NCBI GenBank assembly: GCA_964016885.1
Contig: OZ024742.1
Location: 301,010,001-301,074,000 of the forward strand
Source of the DNA: Eledone cirrhosa
Taxonomy: Eukaryota
Direction of reading: 5' to 3'
DNA length: 64,000 bases
A program made the translations under genes and the position numbers. Below the pieces are notes generated by a model. The model did not search any database. It was given only the letters and a program-made list of their open reading frames with translations, and was not told the origin of the DNA. Every line of letters starts with the position of its first letter. The stretch's first letter is position 1. Positions 25,001-56,125 of this stretch are shown one piece after another.

Positions 25001-28000
25001 AATGACAGAGATATGATGATGATGATGATGATAATAAGCATTAGAATAAAATAGTGTGATAAAAAGAATAAAATGAAATTGGAAGGTAGCTGAGTTTTTG
25101 ATAAATTCCAAATGATTTTTTTTTTTTAATATTGAGCATTTTTTTTTTTTTTTGGCAGTATTATCAATACTCTATATATGTATATTGGGGGTCGTTCAGA
25201 TTTACAAAGTTCTGAACAATGGTATAATGAACATAAACACAACCTACAAATTGATTGAGATTGCTATTCACTCGTCAATCCTTGGATAGCTTCCAATGTC
25301 TAACATTCACTTTCATTTCATTGTCAGCTATATTCGACTCTAGTATACACCAACACCATTTATACATATGGAGGATGACAGCTGCACAAAGAAATACAGA
25401 GTCAGTGGAAAGAGAAGTATTACGAAAACTTAAGATGATGTGGTGAAGGCCAACCTCATGAAAATAACCCAGGATTGAGTCAACTGGTGACATGCTGTGC
25501 TACAGAAAACTTGCCTTACCATGGAAACAGGATAAGACAAGTATAGAGAGGACAGCCCCCACCTACCAGTGTGTTCCTGACTCTCTACAAACCTTGACCA
25601 TCTTCCTCCACCTTAAACTTGCAGAAGCAGAGAGATGGAACAATATTCAGTATACACCTGATTTCCCCACCTTCCTTTCCTTGTCCAACACATACCAGCA
25701 TAGAAAGCTAGGACAGACATTCTGATTCACCCACCCCACTTCACACTCACATCCTTGATGCCCTTTTTCTGTCCAACATGGAAAGCCAGGCATATCCCAC
25801 AATATATCAGACACCAAACTCTTGTTTTAAAGCCACCCCTTATGAACCAGTGCGTCTTCTCCCACGGCTGGCAGCATATAGCCTACACCCCTCTCATTTT
25901 AAACACCTCACTCCCATCAATGCCTCCCCACTCTGATCAGGACTCACTGAGCATCCTTTTGTAATAAGGTTATGCTGGTGCCAAGATAAAAAGCTCCCAG
26001 TATAAAGTGATACTTCTGGTGTCATGATGAAAAGCACCCAATACACTTTGTAAGGTGGTAGTACAGGTGACACTATAAAATATTCCCAGTATATGCTGTA
26101 AAGTGTTTGGCATTAGGAAGGTCTGTCTAACCCATGCTAGCGTGGAAAATGGACGTTAAACGAAGATGATGATGATGATAACTGGGCATGGATACATTGA
26201 AGCTCCGACGCCTGGCAACTGACTTGGTAAACACCCACAAAATTGTTAACCATGTTGCCAACAACAACCCTGAGTACCTTTTTGATTTCCATGTGTCTAA
26301 CACACGTGGACATGCCCACAAAGTAAGAAAACAGCACGGTTCCCATGACTTTCGGAAACATTTTTTCACGCTCAGAGTTGCTGAAGCATGGAACAAACTA
26401 CCTGCATCAGTTGTTAGCTGTCGAGACACTGCATCCTTTAAGGCCTCCATGCTTCCCGAGATCCGCCAACACTACAGCTAACACATACACACATGTACTT
26501 CCCTGACATTTGTGTATTATTCTATGGTGGATTGGCAGTATCGGTAGAGTGTCGGACGCCATGCTTTCCAGCATAGTTACGTCCCTTTACGATCTGAGTT
26601 CAAATCCCGCCGAGGTTGACTTTGCCTTTCATCCTTACGGGGTCGATAAAATAAAGTACCAGTAATGCACTGGGTAATTGCTGGCCTTGTGCCTAAAGTA
26701 GAAACAATTATTCTATGTACTATACATACACCTTTGACAAGTTGTAGTGCACCTGAGCACTTTACACAATAATTTCATTATTATTAAGGTCATCCAGGCA
26801 TAGAAACCAAGCCAAAAACGGAGAATATGAGCAGGACATGATCACCTGACCAGTCTGGCCTCATAACATGATGACCCATGCAAAAGGCTATATTGGGTTA
26901 TACGTTACCAGTAGCACTCAAGAGCAACCTGAAAGATGAAAAGGAAAACCTATCAAAGGGCAAACTAACTTATGAGGGTCAAAAACCATCTATCATCGTT
27001 TAACATCCATTTTCCCTGCAAGCAAGAGATACAGACATCTCAGAAGAGACAATAATGTGTATATAAGCTTATGTATATATATATATTTACATGTTTATAA
27101 GAAAAGGAAACTCTTACTTTAAACCTGCAGTGTATAGTCGGCCATCTTGCTTTGTTTTTGTGCTTGTTGCAAGCTTAACTTTTGAAACATTTAGAAAGTA
27201 ACTCTTTAACCCTTTAGCATTCACATTACTCTATATATACTATTATATTTTCATGGTAAAGGCTTTGCCTCACATAATTATCTCACATAATATCGAATCT
27301 ATGAGATTTTGAAAGTATTTATTTTGAGAACAATACCTTAACATCAGTTTCAGCAACCAGTTACAGCCAGTTTCAACAGTAAGAGGTAGAGAATTCTGGC
27401 CGGTTTGAACATTAAAGCATTACCACTATAATATCTGAGGTATAGTAGATCTTGTGTTACACAAGCATTTATCACTATAATATCTGAGATGTAGTACATT
27501 CTGTGTTCTACAAAAATTTATCACTATAATTTCTGAGGTGTAGACAAAACTTGCCAGACAAAAGGGTCCTTCCAACCCTTTGTCTGCCCTTCCTATCACC
27601 AACCACTTTACAATGGATATTGTATAACATATAATATAAAGTAATTAGTAAGTCCTATTTTAGGGTTCCGTGAAAATGATTTTTTTCAGACAGATGTTGA
27701 AAATTGAAACAGAACAGAATTAGTTTCTTTAGATATGCTACTTACAAATTAAATTTATACTTAAAACAGAAGGCATATACTGTTAAATGCAATGAAATAT
27801 ATATAGTATTTGTGAAAATTGTAATTAAATAATTAAAATAGGAAAAGACAAATGTAGTGGAAATCATATTCACATTTTTTTCTTTCAGTTTCAGACAAAG
27901 TTACTAGTAGAAAAACCACTCGAAGGTTAGTTTTCTGCTAGCGTGTATAGTGTGCATATTGATATTATACGCAAGTATATATGCATGTAGATATGATATA

Positions 28001-29541
28001 TCAAATAAAATCGTAATTGACAATATACACAGAAATCGAACGAAACTGCGTTACACTGTCTTATGTAATCAGTAACGTAATCCATGATACATTAAAAAAA
28101 GACGATATTATATATAATCTGCATTAGGAGAAAATTAGTGACGGAAATATATGAATGTTTATTTAAGGGATCGCTAACCGGAAGTGTTGACATTTGAAAA
28201 TTTTAAAGAAGTGAATCTTAAAAAATAAGCAACAAAATTATTTATATTTAATCGTTTATATTTAATTATTTATATTTAACGAAATTTAGTAGATAAATTA
28301 TGTAATATTCATTCATTATTTATTCAAAGTAATCCAACTTATTTTACAAACGGGATAAAAATATATATTCTGGACGCAGTCCCGCACTCCCTATTTTATT
28401 ATAGTTTAGATTCTAACAGAAAATACGCCCGTATCTTTATAGCAGCATATATAAACAAAATAGGCACATTTCGTTCTTTCCACAAAAACAGAAAGAATAT
28501 TTTGTTGTTCCCTTTTCTGATTTGAATTTTGTCTCGACATTGCACTTTCACTTTGTTGGAACCTTAAAATAGGATTGTGCCTATTTTAATTACGAATAAC
28601 GAAAAAAAGCTAAAGTTTATACTTTGCCTCAATAAAAACATATCGTTGGAAGGTACCAAAGAAGGAATGAGATGACATCAGGATCAGAGCAGTGATAGGA
28701 TAACATTAGAATTTAGAAGTAACATTGTCAAAGATGTAAAGAAAGTGTCTAGCAGAGATAAGGATTAGACAAGAACAGAAATGCCCGAATTTTGAGAGGG
28801 AATGGGGGGGGGGGGGGGGCTGTGGTCTACATGACTTTCTCTCAGGCTATAAGTGGGTCTTAATCGCTAATTGAAACCACGCTAACTTGGCTGGACAGAA
28901 TTCGGTAGTATAGATACATATATAAATTAACTAACAACACGAGCGCTAATTATATGCAAATTAGTACGTCTATTTCAGAACAATAATAAGAGCAAATGGG
29001 TATATAACCCCATCAAATACGTATTTCCTTGTGGTTGTTTGGATGATATATACGGTTTCTGATGAAGGCTCAATTAGGTCTGAAAATCGATTACGGTGTT
29101 TTTCATTTTTTCAATATACAGGGAAATCCGTTTTTTCTGGCATGTTTACATATTAAAAATGTTTTTATGTACACATTGGTGCAGTATCGGTTACTCACTC
29201 TGTATGTATACAGATATAACTTTATATATATTTGTGTGTAAAAAAAATGTAACATTAATTAAAATAGACAAAAGGATTCCAATATATAGCAGATATATGG
29301 TTAGTAATCTTAATTGAAGAATGTATGCAACATAAATTACTTATAGCTATCTTTATCAACCAATCTTCCTGTCGGGCATTATCAGATCTTATTACATAGT
29401 CATACATACATAGATAGATATATACATTCATACATACATACATAGATGGATATATATATACAAATACATATGAGAGTGTGTGTAAGTGTGCGGGGAATTT
29501 GCATACCTGTATGTTCTATAAAATTGTGTATATGTATGTAT

Positions 29542-29599
<58 letters not shown>

Positions 29600-30270
29600 C
29601 ATATACATATGCGCATATATATGTTGTCGAAGCTGACAGAAAAATCAACAGCTATTCGCTATAACTTCGCCTGTTATACTTCCAGGGTCGATAAAATAAA
29701 GTAGGAGTCAAATACTGGGGTCGACACATTATAGACTTACCTCCCAAAAAATAAGAAAAAAGAAAATATGCCTAAATTAGAAACCATTATTAATGTTTAT
29801 CTGTATGTCCATTTACTAGAATATTATTATTAACGTTTGTTTATCTGTATATCCATCTAATCGCTTATTATCTATCTACCCTTATATATATTTATTTCAT
29901 GTTCCCGTGTCTAAATTTATCTACATATATGTATATACAATATAGATATCTCTATGTATTTATCTATGTGTATGCCTCCCAGAATGTGTTTGCCTAACCC
30001 TTTGTCTTTCTCGTCTATTCTGTGAAGCTGGTAAAAATCCACATCGTTTGTGTATAATGAAGCAGAGTGAGGTAGGTGAAACTGAGGCTTTTAACGCTCA
30101 CCTGTCTATAAATTGTATTTCTATAGAAAATGCCAGTCATAGAAATTTGTTAAAGTGAAATTTCTGTGTTTGTAGTTTATAAATAAAAACAATGCAATGA
30201 TGTTGAAATTCTCACCTTGTTCTGAGAGATGAGTTACGGTGGTCACATATTGTTCCAACGATGCCGCCAT
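966..30270 (-). CDS. COPS3: COP9 signalosome subunit 3 gene (multi-exon, 3' end outside window)
   Basis: 12 GT-AG exons with consistent phases join to [30 protein letters not shown]...[44 protein letters not shown]...[27 protein letters not shown], collinear with metazoan CSN3 as recalled. Confidence 0.96.
1918..2036. repeat. ~40-bp tandem repeat, 3 copies
   Basis: cactagagatgactgaggaaggaaggggtgatga units. Confidence 0.8.
2229..2315 (-). CDS. COPS3: COPS3 exon 12 ([29 protein letters not shown]), PCI domain
   Basis: ccacag acceptor, gtaagt donor, 87 nt. Confidence 0.95.
2978..3177. other. Assembly gap (200 N)
   Basis: Run of N. Confidence 1.
3303..3404 (-). CDS. COPS3: COPS3 exon 10 ([34 protein letters not shown])
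   Basis: ttacag acceptor, gtaaaa donor, 102 nt. Confidence 0.93.
3860..4076. mobile_element. Mariner-type MITE
   Basis: ~30-bp imperfect TIRs (cgagggtaggctgaaaagttcataggctga / tcaacctatgatcttttcagccaaccctca), TA flanks. Confidence 0.8.
4508..4558 (-). CDS. COPS3: COPS3 exon 9 ([17 protein letters not shown])
   Basis: ttccag acceptor, gtaagt donor, LPKYTSQ motif. Confidence 0.93.
5560..5972 (-). repeat. Degenerate tandem array derived from the COPS3 exon 8 donor junction
   Basis: Units resemble TTACATGGCAAG|gtagg. Confidence 0.8.
5961..6050 (-). CDS. COPS3: COPS3 exon 8 ([30 protein letters not shown])
   Basis: tttcag acceptor, gtaggt donor, 90 nt. Confidence 0.95.
7563..7667 (-). CDS. COPS3: COPS3 exon 7 ([35 protein letters not shown])
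   Basis: ctgcag acceptor, gtaagt donor, YYYYGGMIY motif. Confidence 0.95.
8712..8786 (-). CDS. COPS3: COPS3 exon 6 ([25 protein letters not shown])
   Basis: ttgcag acceptor, gtaagt donor, 75 nt. Confidence 0.92.
10411..13503 (+). mobile_element. 5'-truncated, frameshifted copy of the same RTE family (COPS3 intron 5)
   Basis: ORFs 10395-11054, 10912-12642 and 12609-12899 are nearly identical to the 991-aa ORF; frameshifts near 11035 and 12640; (GAT)n tail. Confidence 0.94.
14341..14442 (-). CDS. COPS3: COPS3 exon 5 ([34 protein letters not shown])
   Basis: ttttccag acceptor, gttaga donor, QLTSIHxDLC motif. Confidence 0.92.
16154..16206 (-). CDS. COPS3: COPS3 exon 4 ([18 protein letters not shown])
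   Basis: tag acceptor, gttagt donor, 53 nt, phase fits neighbours. Confidence 0.9.
16418..16530 (-). CDS. COPS3: COPS3 exon 3 ([37 protein letters not shown])
   Basis: aag acceptor, gtaagt donor, 113 nt, PDFETL and CNGEH motifs. Confidence 0.93.
18038..18167 (-). CDS. COPS3: COPS3 exon 2 ([44 protein letters not shown])
   Basis: tag acceptor, gtaagt donor, 130 nt. Confidence 0.93.
18613..18998 (-). mobile_element. tRNA-derived CORE-like SINE family B with RTE-type 3' tail; other copies 49604-49908(+), 42895-43170(-), 15985-16110(-)
   Basis: A-box tggcttagtgg, B-box gagttcaattc, ccttgagcaagacacttt core, tail shared with the RTE 3'UTR ending in (GAT)n. Confidence 0.8.
20532..24375 (-). mobile_element. 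Near full-length RTE-clade LINE in COPS3 intron 1
   Basis: APE endonuclease ([26 protein letters not shown]), RT ([21 protein letters not shown]), 3'UTR and (GAT)n tail; 5' boundary approximate. Confidence 0.93.
20924..23899 (-). CDS. RTE LINE endonuclease-reverse transcriptase ORF (991 aa from first ATG; frame open to 24016)
   Basis: Uninterrupted ORF in track, with EN, RT and an internal C4HC3 finger. Confidence 0.92.
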   Translation of the reverse strand: MLERKEVDVCCIQETRWRGGSARFIEGKKRCYKLFWVGNDDGLGGVGIMVAEKWADKIIDVNRVNDRIIKIRLVLNRTTVTVISAYAPQSGLPGTIKDRFYETLMLTTSQISDSDYIIIAGDLNGHVGQHCDGYDEIHGGYGFGTRNEEGSRILEFCDANNLTICNTNFKKRDNHLITYRSGEHTSQVDYILTRRRDRVSVVNTKSLPHEECTSQHRLIISDLIVRTRRTRQQKRTILRRKIWKLKDPTARNKFQSILLDAFDSKEEHLESDNIEGEWEFLKANLLLATDEVCGWSRPVGRRRVTWWWNSKVEGSIKAKKQAWKVWRDGGSREDYQVARREARRQVYLARREAEERKFKHVLQRDDQKREVFRIARQCVKENRDIVGEKCVLNDDGTLAITDADKKVAWKCHYERLLNEENKWEKDSLPHIDPIEGPAVLVEGSIISKAIKDMKTGKAAGPSEIVAEMLKASGTVGHTMVTRIVNQVVQNGVVPKDWHSSIIVNCYKGKGDALDRSNYRGIKLIDQVMKVTEKVIAQLIRERIDLDEMQFGFVSGKSTTDALFIVRQLQEKYLAKGKPLYLAFVDLEKAFDRVPRSIIWWALRKLGVDEWLVRAIQAMYKETVSKVRINNEYSEEFSVKVGVHQGSVLSPLLFIIALQAITEEFKTGCPWELLYADDLTLIAESMAELEKKFQTWKHGLESKGLKINLAKTKVLVCRKENKAAVPSGKWSCSVCRKGVGRNSILCPKCKVWVHKRCSGITGKLTKNIDFTCGRCSGAISSSKCPQNTSSFNCAEGSIEIVDSFRYLGDKISSGGGCSESTVARVRTGWKKFRELIPLLAAKGFSLKMKGRLYDACIRTAMLHGSETWALCAEDIRRLERNEACMLRWMCNSNIRERQSINELRKKLEIRGIRCCLLERRLRWYGHVMRMKVDSCITKCRAIKIDGSHGIGKPRKTWDELINSDITHLHLSKTMSLDRDLWRYSVTEKTRLT
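26185..26786 (+). mobile_element. CR1-clade LINE 3' end, interrupted by a SINE; related fragments at 14910-15248 and ~16640-16895
   Basis: LRRLATDL...TRGHAHK...[17 protein letters not shown]...FK CR1-type C-terminus, (ATT)n tail. Confidence 0.85.
26527..26706 (+). mobile_element. tRNA-derived SINE family A (~185 bp); further copies ~35087-35267(-), 13869-14050(-), 32455-32580(-), 56340-56725(+), 53757-53855(-)
   Basis: A-box (tggcagtatcgg), B-box (gagttcaaatcc), core gcctttcatccttacggggtcgataaaataaagtacc; TSD attattctatg. Confidence 0.85.
30216..30270 (-). CDS. COPS3: COPS3 exon 1 ([19 protein letters not shown])
   Basis: AAG ATG GCG start, 55 nt, phase-1 donor G|gtgaga matching exon 2. Confidence 0.9.
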
Positions 30271-31339
30271 CTTGTAGCTGACAGGTCGCTTAGGAAAAAT
30301 AGTAATTCTACATCCGGTCCGGACTCGTTCTCACCTGACCGGGTCATTCAAGTGGTGACACGGGACAAACACACAGGAAAAAATTATAATTCTCTGAAAC
30401 TAAAAGATTGCATGTATCCAATATTTATATTTAGATATGAAGAAGTATTCTAGCTGTTTCGCACTATTTAATGTGATTGCAGTTCTTAATGAGATGTTAG
30501 CTTAGTTGTAAAGTGTTTGACTATCGACTACAAGACTTTGGGTTCGAGTCTTATCGAGAGCTGAATACTGATTTTAGAGACCACAACATCTACTCTTTAA
30601 TGTCTGTATAGCAGAGAAAAACATTTTAGATATCACAAATTTATTATTTAAATCCCCCCTTTCTAAAATCATTGAAACGAAAATAAACTCAACAGACGAA
30701 TAGTATTAAACATTTTAATCTTATAACAAACTTAAACAAGCACAGGAAATTATTTCTATATATGTACATCTGATTGATTTGTAAGTATAATTTTCCTAAC
30801 GAAATTATCGAATTTTTTCAGATACTGTTTTGGGGGCTTTTTCTAATTACGAAACTATTAATGTAAAAAGACTGAATTATTCGAAGTTGTAACCGGCTCC
30901 CTACATATCTACCTTAGCTGTCGTTAATAACAAGCCTTTCATTCATTGACAGGTGCCCTATCTCCTTTCTGTCAATCTCATAACAATGTAAATGTTCCCA
31001 CACACACCATGCATCCGTCGCCTCGAAGTAAACAGTCTTAATTTTGTAATTAAGACTGTTTTGACCCTATAGTGTACAGTGGTGTAGGTGGAGTGGGGTA
31101 GACCTCCGTTGGTTCCAACGAAGTGTTCTAGTTGTTCGACCAACGGACCAGCCTGTTCGTGAGATTAACGTGCAAGTTAAATTATGGCTGAATGGACTGG
31201 AGCAACATGAAATAAAGTTTCTTGCTCAAGAACCACCTGAAATCGAACTCTCGATCGTATAGGCGTCAGTCGAACATCCTAACAATTGGGCCACACATAC
31301 TAGCTTAAAAAAATCTCTTAGTCTTCCCTTCTATTTGAA

Positions 31340-31850
31340 TTCCAAATCAGTGATAGATTAAACTTTGCATGACCCTTCAAATCTCTTAGATTTTTGGAGT
31401 GATGTACATGAGTAGGGGTTTTAATTTAATATCACCACCGGTATTTCCTCCCAGAAGAAGTGTCAGACGATTTTAAAAGCTTTAAATCATGGTATTGGTT
31501 TTTCTTCTTGCAAAATAAAAGTTGTAGCATGCATGCGCTTCCATAAAAGGGCAGTTTCATCAACATTGTATACTTGTTGTGGTGTGTAGCTCCCTTCAGC
31601 AATCATTTTCTTCATCTCATGATAATTAGTAGCAGCCTCACCAGCCATTTTAATTTTGTGCACATTCAAGTGCTTCAACCTTTCAAACCAGCCTTTACTA
31701 GCTAGAAAAGGTTGTTTTTTTTTTAGAAATTTCACCTTCCTTTTTCTGCAAATTGTTATACAAATCTTTAGGGTTTTTTTTTAATTACCATCGTGCTTAT
31801 CGTGCAAGTCAGATTTTCGATCCATACATACAAGAGCCATACCATTTAAG
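31340..31850 (-). mobile_element. Tigger/pogo transposase relic
   Basis: FLASKGWFERLK...GEAA...YTPQQVYNVDETALLWKRM motifs. Confidence 0.8.
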
Positions 31851-32736
31851 CATCACATTAACCCTTTAGTAACCAACCTGGTCCAAACTGGCTTTGGTTC
31901 TATGAAATAACACCACTCATTTTAAAGGTTTCCGATTTAAATTTAAATCTTCTAACATAATTTTATATAAAAACCTTACATTAAGTTACTATCTTAGTAA
32001 TGAAATGATAAATTATTTTAGTAAATCTCTAAACATTCTTCATTAATTAACTAAAATATGGTGTATTTCATTGGAAATGTGACCATGAAAGGGTTAAATC
32101 TATGAAAAAAATGATGTCTGAGCAGTTAATGGATTAGCTGATTGAGCACTTGACTTAATTTGCTCTATATTGTCACATATTGTCTAACCCATGCTAGCAT
32201 GGAAAACTGGACGTTAAACAGTCGTGATGATGACGATGATGATTGTTCCCATTGTAGACATTGCAAACTTTAATGTGGTAATGTGGCTGTTCTGTTTTTT
32301 TGTTTTTTGTTTTTGTATTTTGTTTTATTTTTTCCCACATCAAGCCTTTTTCAAAATATCAAGTTTGATATTAAGTGTAATTCTGCCTTCACTTCCACAT
32401 GATGGTTTCTTTCCAGACATCTTAAATAATTGTTTCTACATTTGGCACAGGACCAGCAATTATCCCAGTGTATTACTGGTGCTTTATCGGCGGGAGTTGA
32501 ACTCAGACCATAAAGGCCGTAACTCTTTGCTGCAAAGCATGGCGTCAGACCCTCTACCGATACTGCCAATCCACCGCCATTAAGACATCTTAAATAATGA
32601 CAATGTACTATACTGTCTGAGTTTGTAGGTAAATACAATAGCTGCAACAATCAACTATTATCCTCAACAAATATAAAGTAAAATAACACCAGAAATGAAC
32701 TGTTTTGTGAGAGTAAGAAATAGTTGTCTTATTTCT

Positions 32737-32768
<32 letters not shown>

Positions 32769-34484
32769 TTAACGTCCATTTTTCCATGCTAGCATGGGTT
32801 AGACAAGTTGTCCCATTGTGAAGCAAGCCAGGTCAGGTGACCATGCCTTGCTCATACAGAATTGATTTAGCTTGGGGCTAAAATTAGTTCTGTATGAGCA
32901 AGACATGGGGCCCTTCCTAATGCCAACCACATTTACACTGGACTGGGTATTTTTTGTTGTGACACCTACATGACCACTTTACAGTGTGAACTGGGTGCTT
33001 TTTGTTGTGACACCTACATGAACACTTTACAGTGTAATGTGGTAATGTAGATAAGATGTAATAATGGAAGTGAGGTAGGAGGAAGTACTATATAATTACT
33101 GGTTACCAGGGTTACCCGTTGTGTTTTGGTGTTGGTGTTGGTTGTGATTGATTTTGGTGTTGATAGTGCTTGTGTTGGTGTTGATGATTGAAAAATTCAA
33201 TCCATACAGCATAAGTGTTTATAGTGACACATACACAAACACTTGAATATTATATCATCATCATCACTGTTTTGCATCTATTTTTTATGAGTTGTCATAT
33301 TCTGAGATTTTTGGAGTGTATTGGGAGCATTTATCATAGCACAAGCACTACTACTTTACAGTGGAGACTGGATGGCACTAGCACCTGCATAGCACTCAAA
33401 ATGGTAATGCTGGAGCCACAATAAAACACACCTAGTTCACCCTGTAAAGTGGTCATGTAGGTGTCATGACAAAAAGTTCCAAGTACACACTTTAAAGTGG
33501 TTGACATTAAGAAGAGCATTGAGCCATAGGAAACCAAGCCAAAATGGGCATATGAGCAAAACATAGTCACCTGACTTGTATAGCTTCATAATGTGACAGC
33601 CTGTTTTATCCATGTAGGCAAGGAAAACAGATGTTAAATTGCAGTATTGATAATGATGATATATCATCATCATTAACATTCTTACATTCATTTTTCAATG
33701 ATTTCATGGATTGGATGGGTCTTTTTTAGCACAGCATCTCTCCACTCAACACGTTCCTTCATCTGTGAGTCTCAGCGATTTGAGATCAGTTCTCTTCACC
33801 TCTGCTCAGGTCTACGTCTACTACAACTTCCCTCCACTGGGATTTCCTGGCACTTCTTCACCCAGCAACTATCATCCATGCTCATCACTCTCTAACATAT
33901 CTCTGCAATATCCATGCTTTTCTCAGCAGTTCTCACACTGGTTTGATATCGTAATCAGATAGAATATTATGAATCTAGTTACAAATCCTCAACTCTCCTC
34001 CACAGGGAATACTGTACACTGCTAGTCTCATACCTCACATGGCACCCTGACTTTCTTCTATTTTAATCATTTCCTGTAATCTGCTCTTTCAGTATTGCCA
34101 TTCCATGACACTATTAACTCCATAAATAGGACTGTTTTGGCAGACAAAGGCCATAGACAGGAGCATTGCTTATGTGTGTGTGTGTGTGTCTGCCCAGGTT
34201 TTCATTGATCTTCTTCTGCTGCAGCTTACTTCTACTGAGATTTCTTGGCACTTGCTCACCCAATGTTCGACATCTATATTTATCACATGTCCATACCAGC
34301 TTAGTCTTTTCTCTTGTATAATATATCTGATTCCTCTTAAACCCAGCTTTTCTCTCAGCACATCCATGCTTTGTCATTCATTCACATTAACATTGCAAAT
34401 CCATTGAATCATTTATAAGAAATCTTTTTAATGTAATGCAGTCATAGTGCTGTTTTGTACTTTTCAAGAATAACTTACTAATGT

Positions 34485-34635
34485 GGTTTCAAGTGGTACA
34501 GGACATTAAGAGTTAATACAGCTCTCTACCTCTCTGCTAATATGGTTTTATGTGGCACAGGACATTAAGAGTTAATACAGGTCTCGCCCTCACTGCTAAT
34601 GTGGTTTTATATGGTACAGGACGTCAAGAGTTAAC
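34485..34635. repeat. ~60-bp tandem repeat, 2.5-3 copies
   Basis: ctaatgtggttt..tggtacaggacattaagagttaatacag units. Confidence 0.85.
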
Positions 34636-36067
34636 AAAACAATAGTAACATTACTGAGCATTCACCGGTTATAATAGATGTAAGGGAGATAACTCAGTAC
34701 TACAAACGTGAGGTAAAAATTTATTAGAAAAATTAAAGTTTCCTTCTCGAACGCTACGAATTGTTTGCTGGTGTACGAATTATATGCCTATAGACACTCA
34801 GTGTACTTTTATGATTATATACACTCACTGTCAGTTATATGGATATATACACTCCGTGTCCATTATATGCATATATACACTTAGTGCACTTTTATGTAAC
34901 ACAATATATATAGGATACATAAAAGTGCACTATATATATATAATCATTGTTCGATCTATTTTCATTAAAAGGATTGGGGTGCCCTATTCCCCATTGTTTC
35001 GACTGTCTTAAATTTTGGGACCTTGCTTGCACACTCATACACCAAATCTCCCTCACTCTTAAAAGAAGAGGGACACATTAGATAATTGTTTCTACTTTAG
35101 GCACAAGGCCAGCAATTACCCAGTGCATTACTGGTACTTTATTTTATCGACCCCGTAAGGATGAAAGGCAAAGTCAACCTCGGCGGGATTTGAACTCAGA
35201 TCGTAAAGGGACGTAACTATGCTGGAAAGCATGGCGTCCGACCCTCTACCGATACTGCCAATCCACCTTAGATAATGTAATCATGTAATACTCTCGTAAA
35301 CAAAATGTTGAGATGGTCATGGTTGACATGCCTTTAAGCTTAGTTCTGTTAATCCACCTACACATACATGCATGAACACGAGCACATAGAAATACACATA
35401 GACACGAGAACACTCCCTGTATGTATGATCTATTTAAATTATCATGAATTATTATGAATCATTGCAAAAAGAGAACAGAACAATACAGTAGACATCAGAC
35501 CTGTCAACTCTCCCCGTCCGACGGGGAGATCTCCCACCCATTTTGGGTGAATGAGAGATGTCTTCTCTTGTGAAAATAGGTAGAGCTTTCAAAATCTCCC
35601 CGTTTTGGGGCACTTTTTCTTGGTATTGTATAAGTATATTTCTACAGAATACATACAAACATCAGTGACGGAGGTGAGAGTCTTAAAAGTAGAAGACATA
35701 TACTCAATCACAGCCACTACAAGGGTCACTAAGAGTTTCCCTTTAATAATTTTTGAAGTAAGCCAACACACCATTGCTGTGAGTGATAGCAAGGCTAAGA
35801 CGCTGGAATAGCCAAGCACTCTCACAAGGAGCATCACCAAATTCGTTAGTAAGTCGCACCGCCAACAATGACAAGAAGTTTGTTTTTAACAACCCAGCTC
35901 CCTTAAATGCCACAGGTTAAAAAAATATAATTCCTGGTATCTTAAAATTTCATTGGAGTCGATTTTAACTTTTGATATTCTAGAATTGATAAATTAAAAA
36001 AAGCAGTCAAGTACTGAGATTGATATCATTGATTATCTTACTGTTCCTAGACTATGAAGGTCTTTAA

Positions 36068-36312
36068 CCCTTTAGCATTTACATTACTCTATATTTACTA
36101 TTGTATTTTCATGGTAAACACTTAATTTCACACAATTATCTCACATAATATCGAATCTATGAGATTTTGATATTATTTATATTATTAATATTGATATTAT
36201 TTATTTTGAGAACAATACTTAAACATCAGTATGAGCAGCCAGTTATGGCCGGTTTGAACAGAAAGGAGTGAGAGAATTCTGGCCGGATATGGCCGGTTTA
36301 AATGCTAAAGGG
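36068..36312. mobile_element. piggyBac-type MITE (~230-245 bp); other copies at ~5086-5298, 7323-7543, 9230-9426, 24755-24966, 27210-27417, 54750-54974 and a diverged relative at 31862-32093
   Basis: TTAA TSD, TIR CCCTTTAGCATTT...AAATGCTAAAGGG. Confidence 0.85.
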
Positions 36313-36472
36313 TTAAGTGCGTTAGATATTGTCATATTCACACCTTATTTCAGATAAATTGTGTTTATTTGCATGCATTCTGTTGAAATAAACGTGTACA
36401 CGTTTTTTGTTAATCAGTAATAATTATAGAGGTTTTATATTTTATTTATTATATTTTCCAGATTTTTCTGCA

Positions 36473-56125
<19,653 letters not shown>

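Noticed and set aside
29052-29100. Second hammerhead candidate (CTGATGA aggc...gtct GAAA atcgat TA)
   Set aside because: Core, stem II and palindromic stem III are present, but stem I does not pair; at best a decayed copy
30490-30565. tRNA gene
   Set aside because: B-box ggttcgagtc is present but there is no convincing cloverleaf; probably a decayed SINE head
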